From Octopus sinensis (taxonomy: Eukaryota), in NCBI RefSeq assembly GCF_006345805.1, contig NC_042997.1, positions 182,342,001 to 182,406,000 on the forward strand: a DNA stretch of 64,000 bases, in the 5' to 3' direction. Below are positions 36,901-51,878 of this stretch, piece by piece (position 1 is the first letter of the stretch; the number at the start of each line of letters is the position of its first letter). Below the pieces are notes generated by a model. That model worked only from the letters and a program-made list of their open reading frames with translations. It made no database searches and was not told where the DNA came from. A program made the position numbers and the translations under genes.

Positions 36901-39900
36901 TTGAATATAAAAGCAATATTTATCTCTTACTGTTTAAGTTAGATTTACTTTTGTTTCATAAATTTATTAGGCTCAACACTTTCTGAGATAAGTCTACTTA
37001 TTTTAATCCTACAAAAATTTCAGTTTCAGAGAAAATCGGAGGAACAACAAGTAGTTATTGAAGATCTTCTCAAACAAGTAAACATTCTGTCTGGTGAATT
37101 ATTCACCAAGTCAGAAAGTTTCAAAGCTCTGCAGTATCAAGAACAAGAAACATCACAGGTAAATACCTAAAAAGACTGACAATGTTAAAAGGAATAACTA
37201 TACTTATATCTTTCTTGAATAATTAGTTAATCTGAGGAGGACATATAATATTCATAGACTTTTTAAATATTCCTAAATTAGTGAAGTAGGATTAATTGAG
37301 TTTGTGTGGCTAACATTATATTTGAATTGTTGGTGAGAAAATATTCTTAGGGGTCCAGGGGAATGAAATATTTAAGAAGGGTTAAATAAACTATTTAGTA
37401 CACAGCCTAAGAATGAAATTCATTGGAAGCAAGGAGAGAAAAGAGAAAGCTACATTAGATGGGTTTAGGTAAGATGGGGTACAATGAGAAAATTTAGAGG
37501 TGCTAAGAACCATCATCATTTTATTGTCTATTTTTCCCATGCTTACATGGGTCAGACAAGATTTGGTGAGGCAGATCTCTACAGCTGAATGTTCTTCCTC
37601 TCACCAACCTTCTCTTGTTTCCAAGCAAATTAATATTTTCTTCTTGTCCAGATATTTTTACAGAAAATATTGCCAACAAACAGCACCATTTGTAAGATGG
37701 TGATGTTTTATTTACAATTCACACTTGATGTCAAGAGAGGGAGACAGAAACACACACACACATGTATATGACAAGATTCTTTTCTATTCCCACCTACCAC
37801 GTTCACTTTAAAGACACTGGTTGGTCTGGAGCTATAGCAGAAAACATTTGCCCAAGGGGCTTTGCTGTAAGACTGAACTCAAGCCTATGTGGTTGTGAAG
37901 CAAACTTCTTAACTACACAGCTGTGTCTGCATCTAGTAACAAAATTCTTAAAAATTAGAATATCTAGCTTATTAGCTAATAGTTGTAGAGCGTTAGTGAA
38001 TCAAGGCTTACTCATCAGAACAACAACATTTTCTTAATGCAATCTTGAAGGACTTGACAGGATAGTAGTGTAATCCCTATCTTAAAATTCATGATATACT
38101 GGCTCCAAGGAGTTACAATATATTGATTCACAAAAGTCTTGTAGTTCATTCTACTGGAGTTAAACTGTTTTCTGTCAAATAACTCTGAACTTAAATTGGA
38201 AACATGCTTGATTTTGAGTTTCACTACCAAGTGTTTGGTCAGAGTTTATGAGTGTTAATTGGTTCTATCTGACAATATTAAGCATATGATCATGTGCCAC
38301 TGGAAGAGTTTCTAAGTAGAGTTTTCTTCTCCAAATTCAAATGTAATATCATACATCAATCAAAACTCATCTGTTATAAAAATAAAAATAAAAACTTTAG
38401 AATTTGTTCCTGGACCTATTTCCTTGAACATTATTTGTAATACAAACAGAATAATCATGAAAGTTAATCAAACAGTAAAGTTTTGTCACCCTCAGAATGT
38501 TAGATTTAAAAACGGAATACAAAATGATGGTGAGAAAGTGCAGGGATGGGCTATATAATTAATATAATGTATGTAATAGTTTAGGCTGATAATTATATGA
38601 TGCATAGTACTGAGTGATATTATGTATCATATAATTGACAAGCTATTCTGAATAGTAGCAGTTTTACTTATTTATTTTCTTATAATTAACAATGTTATAA
38701 TTGAGCATTTATATTGTTGTTTTATTTATTTCTAGAAATTAATGCAAAAGAATGAAGAATTAGAAAATATGCAGAAACAACTTGATTGTCAGAGTTCTGA
38801 GAGTAAAAATTGTATAAATCAAATGGAAAAAACAATTGAAAATTTTAAGGCGCAGATGAAGTATTACATTAAAGATGCAGAGAAAAATAACAGTCAATAT
38901 GTTGCAGAACTTGCTCTGAAAAATTCAAAGGTTATTGTTGTTGTTTCTGTTTTCTCTATATCACAGGTTTTGTTGGAGCTCCTGGAGTCTTGCATGCGTA
39001 GCGAGCTTAGTACCTGCAGCCTATGGTACCATGCTATTCATTCTTTTCAGCTATCAAATACTTCCCTGATTATTCTGGCCGTGCCAAGAAGGCAAACCTT
39101 TTGTAACAGTTCTACTGGGCACTCTGTTCCAATTTCTTTTATATTCCTCTTGATGCCTTCTGATACTGTTCCCAAGGACCCAACAATAATTGGCACTATT
39201 TTCACCTTCTTCATTTTCCATAGCCGAGCTATTTCATACTTAAGAAGGTTGTATCTATCTATCTTTCTGACTTCTTTTTTGACTATTCATGGGTCAAAGG
39301 GGCATGCAACATCAACTATATAGCATATGTGGTGCACCTTGTCCATCACCACTAGGTCTGGTTTGTTATGCTCTAACACTTGATCTGTTCAGATTGGGAA
39401 ATTCCAGAGGATTTTGCTAGTCTCTGACTCTGCCACTCTCTGCGGTTTGTTCTCATACCACATCTTGCCTCTCTCTAGCCCCCACTTTTTGCACAGTTTC
39501 CAATGTAACACTTTCACTACCTGGTTGTGTCACCACAACTTGTTGTGGTTTTGGGCAAGTCTAGGGCATTCATTCGTGATATGGGCAATGGTTTAATCCA
39601 CTCTGTTGCAGATGCGGCACAGTGGAGACACTTGTTCATTCCTCAGGTTTACTCACCGGCTCATGGCCAAATCTTGATCCTGCGTTGCCAGTATAGTGCT
39701 CTTGGTCTCTTTTTTTAGGGTTCTTTTCATCAGCCAATCCCACCTATTTTTTCCAGTAACTTCTGTCGTGGCTATATAGAATTGATTGTGTAGTTCCTTC
39801 TTGTGTAATTCTCCTTCTCCTGCATGATTTAAACTGTCTTATGAGCTCCTGTTTTATATATTTATACTGTGAAATTTGATTTAATACTAAATTGAATTTT

Positions 39901-42222
39901 TCCCTGTAAGTTTGGAGTTATACTCCCTAATATTTTATATATATATGATCTACTTTATATTCATCAATTGTAAACTTTTTGTTTGTGTGTGTATTTTTGC
40001 TACTAGGAGCAGTCTCTAGTCAACCAAATCAAACAGCTTGAACAGTCATTAAAAGAAAAAGAACAACAATGTAATAATCTGCAGCAGACACATCAAGAGA
40101 ATCAGTCAATGCTAGACAAAAGTTATGAACTTATTTCACAGCTAAAAAAATCTCAAGTTTCTACACTTAAAGAAGTAAGTTTATTGAAAATCATTCTTGC
40201 TCTCTCTCCTTCTCTGAAAAAGCTAGGGCTCACATAGAAGCTCGCTTGATAGCTTGTTTTAAACAATTTTAGGCATCTTTGTAATAATGTGAATTTCAAT
40301 ATAAAAATTATAACATTTTTTCAGATCATCAATGGAATTACTGTCATATTTTATATTGTGCCAGTTTTTCCTTTCTTTATTCCAAGATATCTAGACATGA
40401 AAAACACATTGTCATTGAACGCAGTAAAAGAATGGAACTGGAACTGATATTGAAGAACAAGTGTGACCAGCTCCAGAAGCTTACTAGAGAAAGTAATACA
40501 GATATTAAGATGCTTCAAGAAACTGTTCGGTATATGTTGTTTTTGCATTCATTTGTTAAGCAAACCTCGACCTTTCAATCCAATATCTTCGTAATAATAA
40601 TTTTTTAATGTCTACTTTTCCATGCTCATATGGGTCAAATGAAACATTGACTCAGTGGTTATGGGCGAAGTGGTTAGTCAGTTAAATCAACCATGATGCT
40701 TGACTGGTACTTTATATTATTGACTACTTAAGAATAAAAGGCAAAGTTGGATTTGAAAATAAAGAGCCAGAACAAGTGCTGCAAAACATTTCTCTGATGC
40801 TTTAATAATTGTACCAATCTGGAACCCTTATAATAATAAAAATGATAATGGATAATGGTTTCAAATTTTGACACAAGGCTAGCAATTTTAGGGGTGGGTG
40901 AGGATAAGCTGATTACATCAGCACCAGTGTTCAGCTGGTACTTATTTTTCAGAGTCAAGAAAGAAAGTACCAGTGGAGCACTGGAGTCAATGTAATTGAC
41001 TTATTCCTCCTCCTAAAGTTATTGGTCTTGTGTCAAAAATTGAAACCAGTTGTAATGATATTAATAATGACATTGGCAAAAGTATTGTTAATTTTAAATA
41101 TTATATCTTCAACCAGAGATCTTCAGCAAGCCAAGGACAACTTAACTGAGCATAGTTGTAACATTACTTCACAACTGCAGAAGGAACTGAAAGTTGGAGA
41201 GAATACAAATACTCATTTGAACACTCTACAGGAACAGTATAACAAAAAGAATGAGGAGTTACAACAACTTATCAATTCAGGTAAAGTATTCTTGCTGTTG
41301 TTTAGTCCCAGTGTGTGCCCTAATTGAGTTGAAATATGAACAAAGGCTTTTCAGCTATAATATAAGTCCCTTGGACATGACTGTCTCAATTCCTAAGACA
41401 CATAGGGTTGGTTACTCAGTTTCCATAGCATATAAGTGACCATGATCATGCTATTCCTCCTGAACAGGATGCCAATCTGTTACAGGATTATTCATTTACA
41501 GCTGAGGGGACAGGGGCAACATGAAATGAAGTGTTCTACTCAAGAACACAACACACCACTTGTTCAGGAATTGAAACTATAATTGCATGATCATGAGTGC
41601 AACATCCTAATGACTAGGCCACATGCCTTCACTCTCAGCTATAACTATCCATTTTTTCAGTTATTGAGTATATTTATTACTACATTGCCCAATGTGTCCC
41701 TCCCTTTTCATGACAGTAGGATGTGATTTGAAAAAGATTTGGTTGCTATTTGTAACAAGCTTATTGACTGCATAATTTGTTCCTCATTGATGCTATCATT
41801 GCAGTAATTACTAAAATTCTGTAAATTTTTTTTTTCAAATGTGATCCTTTTCTTTACCTACCTTCCTACCAGAAACCACTCAACAATGATGTTAGTGTAA
41901 AACTAGAGCAAGCATAATTTGATACTTTGCACAGACAATAGTAATAGTATCTGAACTAATGATCACAATCATCATGATCATCATTATTGTTTCAATGTCC
42001 ACTTTTTCATGCTTGCATGGGTCAGATAGAATTTATTGAGGCAGATTTTCTTTGGTTAGATGCTCTTCTTGTTTCTAACCCATACTTGTTTCCAAGCAAG
42101 GTAATATTTCCTCATAGCTAGACATGCTTTTACAGAATATTGGAAATGAATGATGTTCATTTACATCAATCATGCGATGCCAAGACAAAGAGAGAAATAG
42201 ATAGATAGATAGATAGATAGAT

Positions 42223-42255
<33 letters not shown>

Positions 42256-42748
42256 AAGAAAGAGAGAGAGAGACACACACACACACACACACAATGGGGT
42301 TCTTCCAGTTTCTATCTACCAAATCCACTCACAAAACTTTGGTCAACCCAGAGCTATAGTAAAAGACAGTTGCCCAAAGTAACACACAGTGGGACTGAAC
42401 CCAGAACAATGTGGTTGGGAAATAAACTTAATAGCACAGCCATTCCTGTTCCTATCATGTAACCAATAAACCAACCAACCATCTTAACTTTAACATTACA
42501 ACCATTTTTCTCTTCTCTCTATATACTCTCTTTTTACTCTTTTACTTGTTTCAGTCATTTAACTGTGGCCATGCTGGAGCACTGCCTTTAGTCAAGCAAA
42601 TTGACCCCAGAACTTATTCTTTGTAAGCCTAGTACTTATTCTCTCAGTCTCTTTTGCTGAACCACTAAGTTATGGGGACGTAAACACACCAGCATCGGTT
42701 GTCAAGTGATGTTGGGGGGACAAACACAGACACACAAACATACACACA

Positions 42749-42799
<51 letters not shown>

Positions 42800-45700
42800 G
42801 TACATATATACGACGGGCTTCTTTCAGTTTCCGTCTACAAAATCACTCACAAGGCTTTGGTTGTCCCAAGACTATAGTAGAAGACATTTGCCCAAGGTGC
42901 TACACAGTGGGACTGAACCCGGAACCATGGGGTTCGTAAGCAAGCTACTTTCCACACAGCCACTCCTATACCTTATATATTTGCATCTTTTCTGAAACCA
43001 AAGAAAATAATTCATCTTTTTGTGTGTATGTAAATGTTTTATTTCTATGTATTGTAATATATTTCAGCTGATAAAATGAAAGAACAGATAAAATTTCAAG
43101 AGGAACAAATAGCTTTAACAACCAGAGAAAACAATAATCTTCATCAAGTTGTTGCTGCTCTTCAGGTTAGTCAATAAAAGTCATTAAATATGTAGTTCAA
43201 TATCAAATAAGCTCCTACCTTGATGCAAAATTTTCTCTGTGTTTAGGGCATGTTGGGGAAATGTTTTTATAGCATGCTTAAGTCTAATGTATGCTGTATT
43301 CTTTAGTTTAAATTTTTTAATGTTTGTTATAGATTTGACAGTTTTACTTTGTAGATTAAGAACTACCATTCTGTTGCTAATAGATGGAGATCAACTTGGC
43401 CTGAGGAAGATGATGGCTTCTGGGTGAATTTTTAAGAGTACTATGGAATAGAACAAAGTTGCAAAACATTTAAGAAGTTATGGACAACTATCTTTTGTTG
43501 TAAATCTCAGCTAAAAAAATTCTTCTTCTTCTTCTTCTTCTTCTTCTTCTTCTTCTTCTTCTTCTTCTTCTTCTTCTTCTTCTTCTTCTTCTTCTTCTTC
43601 TTCTTCTTCTTCTTCTTTTCTTCTTCTCTTCTTCTTCTTCTTCTTCTTCTTCTTCTCTTCTTCTTCTTCTTCTTCTTCTTCTTCTTCTTCTTCTTCTTCT
43701 TCTTCTTCTTCTTCTTCTTCTTCTTCTTCTTCTTCTTCTTCTTCTTCTTCTTCTTCTTCTTCTTCTTCTTCCTCCTCCTCCTCCTCCTTCCATGTGATGG
43801 ACTGTTTGAGAGGATTTGATAAGTTCAAGTATTGCGTCATGCTCCAGTGTCTGCTTTGGCATGGTTTTTATGGCTGGATACCCTTCTTAATGCCACCCAC
43901 TTTACAGAATGTACTGGGTGCTGTTATCATGGCACCAGAACAAGTTTGGTCACTATGCAGCTTGCAAAACTAAGCTCCTCTCCAACTGTGTGGAGCTACA
44001 AAAGAGAAAGTTAGCTTTATGCTAGATGAGAGGTATGAGAGAAGGGGCCAGAGTAGAACTGGTTTCTTGCTGTTGAGGAGCTATATCATAACTCACATAA
44101 GGGAAGAGTGAGTGAGAGTAACTGGTATGGAGCTGGAAAAAAAGATAAAACATAAAATAGTGGGGAAGTTTTCAGGGCAGATCCTGGAGATAAAGAAGGT
44201 GAAGAAAGGGGCAGAAGATGAATAAAAATATATATGCTACAGCCATTACTCTGAATTGGGTATGACTTAATGGTATACACCATACTTTTGCTAATTGTTT
44301 TAGGTACCTATATTGTCACCTTTGAGAACATCCAGAGGGAGAGAGTGCTACACCAACAGTCGGTTGGTACCCATTCCAACTGAATAGAATAGAACAACAG
44401 AAATTATTATTGAAGAATTTGTTAGATTTTTCATTGAAAGATGGGAGAAGGGTTATTTTGAAAAACAGCTTGTACCAATATTAAAATGCTTTGTCATATA
44501 TTTAGTGTTTCCCCTATTTTTTATTCTTACTGGTAACAACTTGTGGAAAACTGACTATATTTATCAAACAAACATTAGTTCTGCTGACGACTTGCAGGAA
44601 AAAGTGTTTGGGTTTGGTATTGTCCTATAAACCCTCAAGAATTGTGCCAATGCTGGGTTTCTTGATTTCTTTAATGCTCTTTTAAATGTATCCACAAACC
44701 TTTCCACTTGTCTGTTTGATCTTGGGTGATACAGAGGAGTAGTGATAGGTTCAGCTGAGTACATCTTGCAAAAATTCTTAAATTCATTTGCTGTGAATTG
44801 TGTACTGTTATCAGAGACTATGATACCGGGACACCATACCTAACAAAAAATTTGTGTAGAAATTTCACTGTTACCATGAATGTCGGTTTTCTACATATAC
44901 ATGTTTCTGGCCATTTAGTAAAGCTATCTACCACTATTAGATAATATGACCAGTTTAACAGTCCTGCGAAGTCTATGTGTAGTCTGGACCATGGAATATT
45001 GGTCTTGGGCCAAGGTTGAAATTTTATAGGTGGTGATTTCACTGCAAGAGCACAACCTCTGTAGGATTTTCCCAACATCTCAATATCTAGATTCCTTTTT
45101 GGCCGGTAAACATAACTCCTTATAAGCAACTTCATCCTAGAAATTTCTGGATGTCCGATATGGAATTCCTTTAACATTCAACCTTGAGGTAGGCATTACG
45201 ACCTTCTGTGCATACATAAGTACATTATCACATATTGAATACAAATTCAAAACTATGTTACATCAAGCCACATTTTTTTTATGTTTCTTCTGATCTCGCT
45301 ATTTTTTTTTCATTTTTATGATAAACTTGTCTGTCTCTGCCTTAATTCTTATTTCCTCTAATATCACAGGCAATTCTCGCACAACATTGCACAATATATT
45401 TTTTATTTCATTTTCGGCTTTTAACACCACTATCACTCTAATGGTTCACTCTATTTTGATATTAACCATGACAAACCATCTGCATGTCCCAATTTTTTTC
45501 AATGGCAAATACTCCATCTTGAAGTTGTAATTCAGTAGGATTGTTTCCCAGTGCTGCAATCTGTTGGCTGTATGTGTGGGGACATCCTTTTTTGATCCAT
45601 AGATCGACAATAATGGGCAGTGGTCTGTCTGCAGATGGAAATTGCTTCCATATATAAGTTTATGTAATTTTTTACTGCAAATATGATGGCTAATGCCTCT

Positions 45701-48700
45701 CCTTTTTATTTGACTGTAACTTTCTCAGCCGGCAATAATGAATGCGAAGCATGAGCTACTGCTTTCAGGCTACCTTCTTTATACTTGTGTAAAATCACAG
45801 CTCCAATACCACTTTCACTAGCACCTGTGGCCACTATTATTTCTAAATTCGGGTCAAAATGTGACAACAATTCCGATGTTAAGACGTTTTTAATTTCTTC
45901 AAAAGCTTTTTGGCATTTGTCCGACCAGTTCCACTTAACGTCTTTTTTTAACAAGTTATTCAGTATGTATACCTGGTAATAATTTGCAAGACCCAAAAAT
46001 GCTTGTAACGTAATGTTTGTTGGGAGAGGCATATTTTTTATTGCATTTGCCCTAGACAGGTCTGGTCTGCATCCATTTTGAGTAATCTGCTCTAGATATT
46101 TTGTTTGTGGCGTAGAAAATTCACACTTTCCCTTGCTGAGCTTAAACCCATAATCTTTTATTCTTCCGAAGACCTTTTTAACATGCTCAGCATGCTGACT
46201 TTGAGATTCACTTTTTATGAATATGTCATCAAGGTAAGCTACAGCAAAATCTGGACCTGCAAGCATAATGTCCATAAGTTGTTGGAAAATGCCAGGTGCT
46301 ATCTTTATACCAAAGGGAAGTCAATTAAACTTATACAACTCTTTATGAGTATTTATTGTCAATAATTTTGAACATTCCTCATCAACTTTTACCTGCAAAT
46401 ATGCTTCAGATAGGTCCACTTTGAAAAAAATTTTCCTCCATTCAACTTTGTGAAAATTTTTTCCGGACTTGATAACAGGTAATTATATGGCATCAAATAT
46501 TCATTTAATCCCATAGAAAAATCAGAGCATACTCAAATTTTATAATTTTTTTTCTTGACATAGACTGTTGGGGACACCCATTTTGTGTAATCAATTTTTT
46601 CTATAACACCAAGCTTTTCAAGTCTTTGTTGACTTGTTTCAATGCTATGAAAAGTACCATTCAATTAGGTTTAAATACCGGTATAGTGTTTTCTTTCACT
46701 TGAAACTTCACCTCTGTTTTGGTGCAAAGACCCAATTCCTCAGAAAAACTTCAGGAAAAATTTTTTAAAAATTCATTTTTTTACTCTTCCAAAACCTTAT
46801 TTGTATTGGCAGAAGAACCATTCATATTTTCACAAAAAATATCTATGGGGAGGTCCCATAAATTAAATAGTTCCATCCAGTCTGTTCCAAATAAATTTGT
46901 TGTATTTTTCAATACAAAATCTTTGGCTTTCAAGGTTTTTCTATAAAATGTAACATCACTTATCATTTCGCACATAAAATGCAATTTTTTTCCTGAAACA
47001 CCTTGTGCAGTTTTTGAAGTTTCCTTTAATCTAAGTTTCCCTATTTTTCTCCATGTATCTGTATTAGTTATCATGATATGTCTGCCTGTATCCAATTGTA
47101 ACTTGACATCCACATTATTCAGTTTTATGAACACAAATTTTCTTTTCTGAACCTTGCTTAGAATTTTTTTTAACAATACATTCTTTCTAGAATTTTTTTT
47201 GTTTGACCCTTTTTTTTTTTTTTTATTTGCTATACAATGTGAGCTTTTATGTCTGCTTTTTGCACACTCAAAACATTTAAGATTTTTAAAAGGACAATTA
47301 CCTCTAAAATGTAAATCTCCGCACCCATGGCAAGGATTAAGTCTTGACATTCGTTTTTTCCTTTTTCTTTTGCATTTCAGGTCAACACACATGTATCTAA
47401 GAGCAATCTCTTTCTTCAGTTTTATCTGCATCATGCCTTACATTTATAATCCTCTGGCATCCTTTAGCCACTGCCTGTAGAGTTAATTTTTGGTCCTGTT
47501 CTAATTTTGTTAATATACGGGAACATATATCAGCATCTTTTCTTGCAGTTAACCCTTGAACAAAAATTAGACATTTGAACAAATCAGGAATTAATTCATT
47601 GAATTTGAATTTTTCACACACTCTGTTAACGACACCACCATAGATGATGAAATCTCCATCATCTTTTATAACTAAATTTCAACACTACCAAAAAGTATTG
47701 AACAGGGAATTTCTTTCACTGAAAATTCTAGATAACAATTTAATTGTTTCATCGAAACAAATCTCACCTGGTTTTTTCGGCAGAATATAATTACAGTATT
47801 TTTCATGTTCAGCAGGGGATAACTTTCTTTTAATCATTCCAATTTTTACATTCTTCTTTCAAGATTTCTTTATATCTTCTAAAATATGCAGAAAAAGTAG
47901 TACCTGTTTCTGGGTTATAAATAAATTCTCCAATTGAGTTTACTACATTATCTGATGAGAATGAACCTGAAGTATTTTCAGACTTCTTCCAGTAACTGTT
48001 GGTATTCTTGTTGTTGCTATTGTAGTTGTTGTAACTACTGTTGTTGCTGTTGCAACTGTACCATGCAAACCAATAAGTCTTCCATGTTAATGATTTTTTC
48101 TTGGATTTTGTACCAAAAGAAAATTTTAACACCCGATGCAAGCTTCTAATATCTCATCACCACTTTTATATCCTGGTTGTATCCCAACTCTTAGGTAGTA
48201 TTGTTGCACACAGCACTCTTGTTTTTCACTCGAATGGACTTTAGTGTGAATTTTTAACACCAAGCAGACATCTCCATTAGCTGGTTAACACTGTACAGCT
48301 GCATCCAATATATTGTGAGCAGGGGAATTGAACCCCTACCGCATTCTAATGACGGGACTAACACACGGTAATTCAAACAACTACCATTACTGCAACTTAC
48401 AGGTTCAGTGTGAGTTCAGCGCAGAACTAACACAACACACTCTCAACGACTCCTACTGACCTCTTTTTTTTTTGTGTTCTTTCTCAAGCCATGCCTGGCT
48501 CATAAGGGCCGGTTTTCCAGTTTCTTGGCATATAGAATCCCCACCTGGACGGGACGCCGGTCCATTGCAGGTGAGCTGCAAGATGCAGGAGGAAAGAATG
48601 AGAGAAAGTTGTGGCGAAAGAGTCAGCAGAAGTTTGCCATTACCACGTGAAGCTTAGATGTTTCGCTCATAAACACACACATCGCCCAGTCTGAGATTTG

Positions 48701-51700
48701 AACCGGCAATCCCTCGACCGCGAGTCCACTGCTCTAACCACTAGGCCATGTGCCTCCACAAAAATAAATGCGCCCTTTTAAAGCCTAGCCAGGCTCATGG
48801 GCCCGGTTTCCCAGTTTCTATGGTGTATGTGTTCCCCAGCTGGACGGGACGCCAGTCCATCACAGCATTACTCATTTTTGCCAGCTGAGTGGACTGGAGC
48901 AATGTGAAATGAAGTGTTTTGCTCAAGAACACAACGCGTCACCCGGTCAAGGAATCGAAACCACAATCTTACGATCATGATGCTGACACCCCAACCACTA
49001 AGCCACACACCTCCACCTACTGACCTCTTGTCTCAACCAATGTGCTACTCTTTATAAGAGTTCAGCTAGTCCATTCTTCCAATCTCCCAGGGGTGTCAAT
49101 GACTCTCACCACAACATATTCATAATCCTAGAGTACAGAATAACAGCTTTTCTGATCTTGAGAGTCTAATTGTTTCTCCTGGCCTTTAATTCTACAGTTA
49201 AGTGATAGAATTAGAAAAATTTCGATGTTAAAATGTGAGCTAAATGTTATTTGTTTCTTTTACATGTTTTGTTGTATTGATCTAAATTAACTTCAGCTGC
49301 AAAGGGAACATTTCAGTGTGTTAACTTTTAAACAATACTGAAATTGTGTTGTAATTTTTTGTAAATCTCATTACACTGTCTCAAATAAGCTAAATAATAT
49401 AGATATCCCTTGAATTCTGCCATTAAATGCTGAAGCATTAGAAAAGATTTACAGGTCTAAGACTGTATTTTTTTTCATGTCCTATGTAAATATTTGATTT
49501 CATAGAACTCTCTAACCTAACTTCATATAGGAAAATGGGTATAAAATAATAATTTTTTTTTTATTGTTCCACATTCATTTACTCATTATAGCTTGAATGG
49601 ATTGTTTTTCCTTTTCTTTTCCTTTATGTAAATTTTCATCATTATTGGAATTATTGTTTTCATAGCTGGATACCTTTTCTTTTAATCACTTAACTGTAGA
49701 AGGAAGCTGATCATCAGTCAAAAAGGCTGTGTAATGCAGTGGCATTTTTCTTGTACAGAATAACTTAATGACTGTAGAAGGTTTGAACTCCTGACTCATG
49801 GTCAAGGATCTTAAACTCATAGGTATTGTCAGAAAAAATATTAAATATACCCTATTTGACATTGTTTCAGTGGTTTATTTATTTCTCTTTTCATTTCTGA
49901 AAACAGGCAAAAGTTAGCAATCTGAACTTTGAAAAACAAGAAAGCAAAAGAAATATAGAAAATTTAGAATACAATTTAAAAGCCAAAGAGGAACTTCTGG
50001 AAGACACAAGAGATGCTGTAAAGTGAGTTGATTGCAAATATGTTTATAATTAAAGTGGATGAGAAACTGAACTACCACCTGAAGAGTCTGCAGGCATTAT
50101 GTTGGTCTCTGGATAAATGTTTATATGTCTCATGACAGTTTCCAGGACCTCTGAGGCAGGTGGAAGGAAGGTTGGTAGTTATCCTCAGACCCAAAACTTT
50201 GCCTGAATGCTTGCAATAGAGTGAACTTTGCTGAAGACATCCAGGGGTCAGACCATATATTAACTCAGGTGGCATTTAAAGAATAATCTCTTCAAATATT
50301 TTTCCGATCATGAATAAATTTATTGAATTTCTAAAGAAATTTTTAAAATGATAGTTACCTTTTCATTTATATTGGATTGTCCAGAAAGTTCATGCCAATT
50401 TATAGTAGCTTACCTTTCGACTTATTTTAGAACATGGTTGAGTCCATAAAATAGGATTTTACTACACCTCCATTTAGAGCACAGTTTAAGCTATCTTTTC
50501 GTGGAAGAAGGTTTATGTTGCTATAACCTTAATTCTGTAACCCTTTAAAATGGAAGATAAGAAAGTTCATTTTCAGCACTTGATGCTTTGGGAACCAGAC
50601 AAAAATTGCTGCAGCTTGGCTGGGATGTGTTACCCCACCCTCCATATTCACCAGATATTGCTCCTTCGGATTTCCACTTATTCAGGTCTCTGCAGAATAG
50701 TCTTAATGGTAAAAATTTCAATTCCTTGGATGACATAAAAAGATACCTTGATGAATTCTTTGCTATGAAACCACCTCAATTCTGGGAAGAGGGTATTTTC
50801 AAGTTAAAGGAAAGATGGAGATGCATTGTGCAACAAAATGGTTCATATTTGGTTGATTTATAATGTAATGGCAAGTATTTATTGATCTTTTTCTTTCCTT
50901 TAAAAATTGGCACAAACTTTCCAGACAACCCAATATATTGTTGGAAGCAGTTGTTTTGAAAACTGACAACCAAATATTTACTCATGCCAATCCATTTCAG
51001 GAAACTCCAAACAGAATTAAATTTGAAAAAAGAAGAGACTGATGGTTTACAAAGTACTATAAGAGAACAGCATCTACAGCTAGAGGAACGTGCTCAAAAG
51101 GTAAGAGTTTTCATGCTGACCTTCTCTTACTTCATACTCATACAAATCAGATGACTGGGCTGATGTCAGCCTGTCATTTTTGTACTAGAAATTAAACCAA
51201 AAAAACTTGATATCATCAAAAATATATATATCTTTATCTGTCTGTCTATCTTAATATTTTGCTTAGGTATAGTGATACTAATAATCTGGTGTTAGAACTC
51301 AATATGTATATGCTTCAGAAGAAAGTATTAGTTGAGTACAAAGTGTAATAAGAAATTATATAAATGACAAGGGAACAAGAAATTATGTAATGAACTTCAT
51401 CAGCTTGCAGCTATGCTTGCTATAAGATGCAGTATACTCATAGTTGAGTGCTTATATATCACCTGATTGCTTCACTGGAGCTTCAAAAACGAAGTACAAT
51501 TTTATTTTGGAAAGCATTTATTATCATCATTATTTAACAACCACTTTCCATGCTAGCATGGGCTGGACGGTTTGACTGAAAATTGGTAATCTGGGAAGCT
51601 GCACCATGTTCCAATCTGATTTGGTAAGGTTTCTACAGCTGGATGCCCTTCCTAATGCTAACCACTTCAAGAGTGTAGTGGGTGCTTTTTACATGTCATT

Positions 51701-51805
51701 GACATGACACCAGCATTGACCACAACTATGATCTCTCTTGGCTTGACAGGTCTACACAAGCATGGTATATCTCAGTCACCTATCATTGCCTCATAAGTAT
51801 ATATA

Positions 51806-51878
<73 letters not shown>

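Noticed and set aside
43488-43862. Poly-Arg and poly-Glu ORFs
   Set aside because: Translations of the (GAA)n microsatellite.
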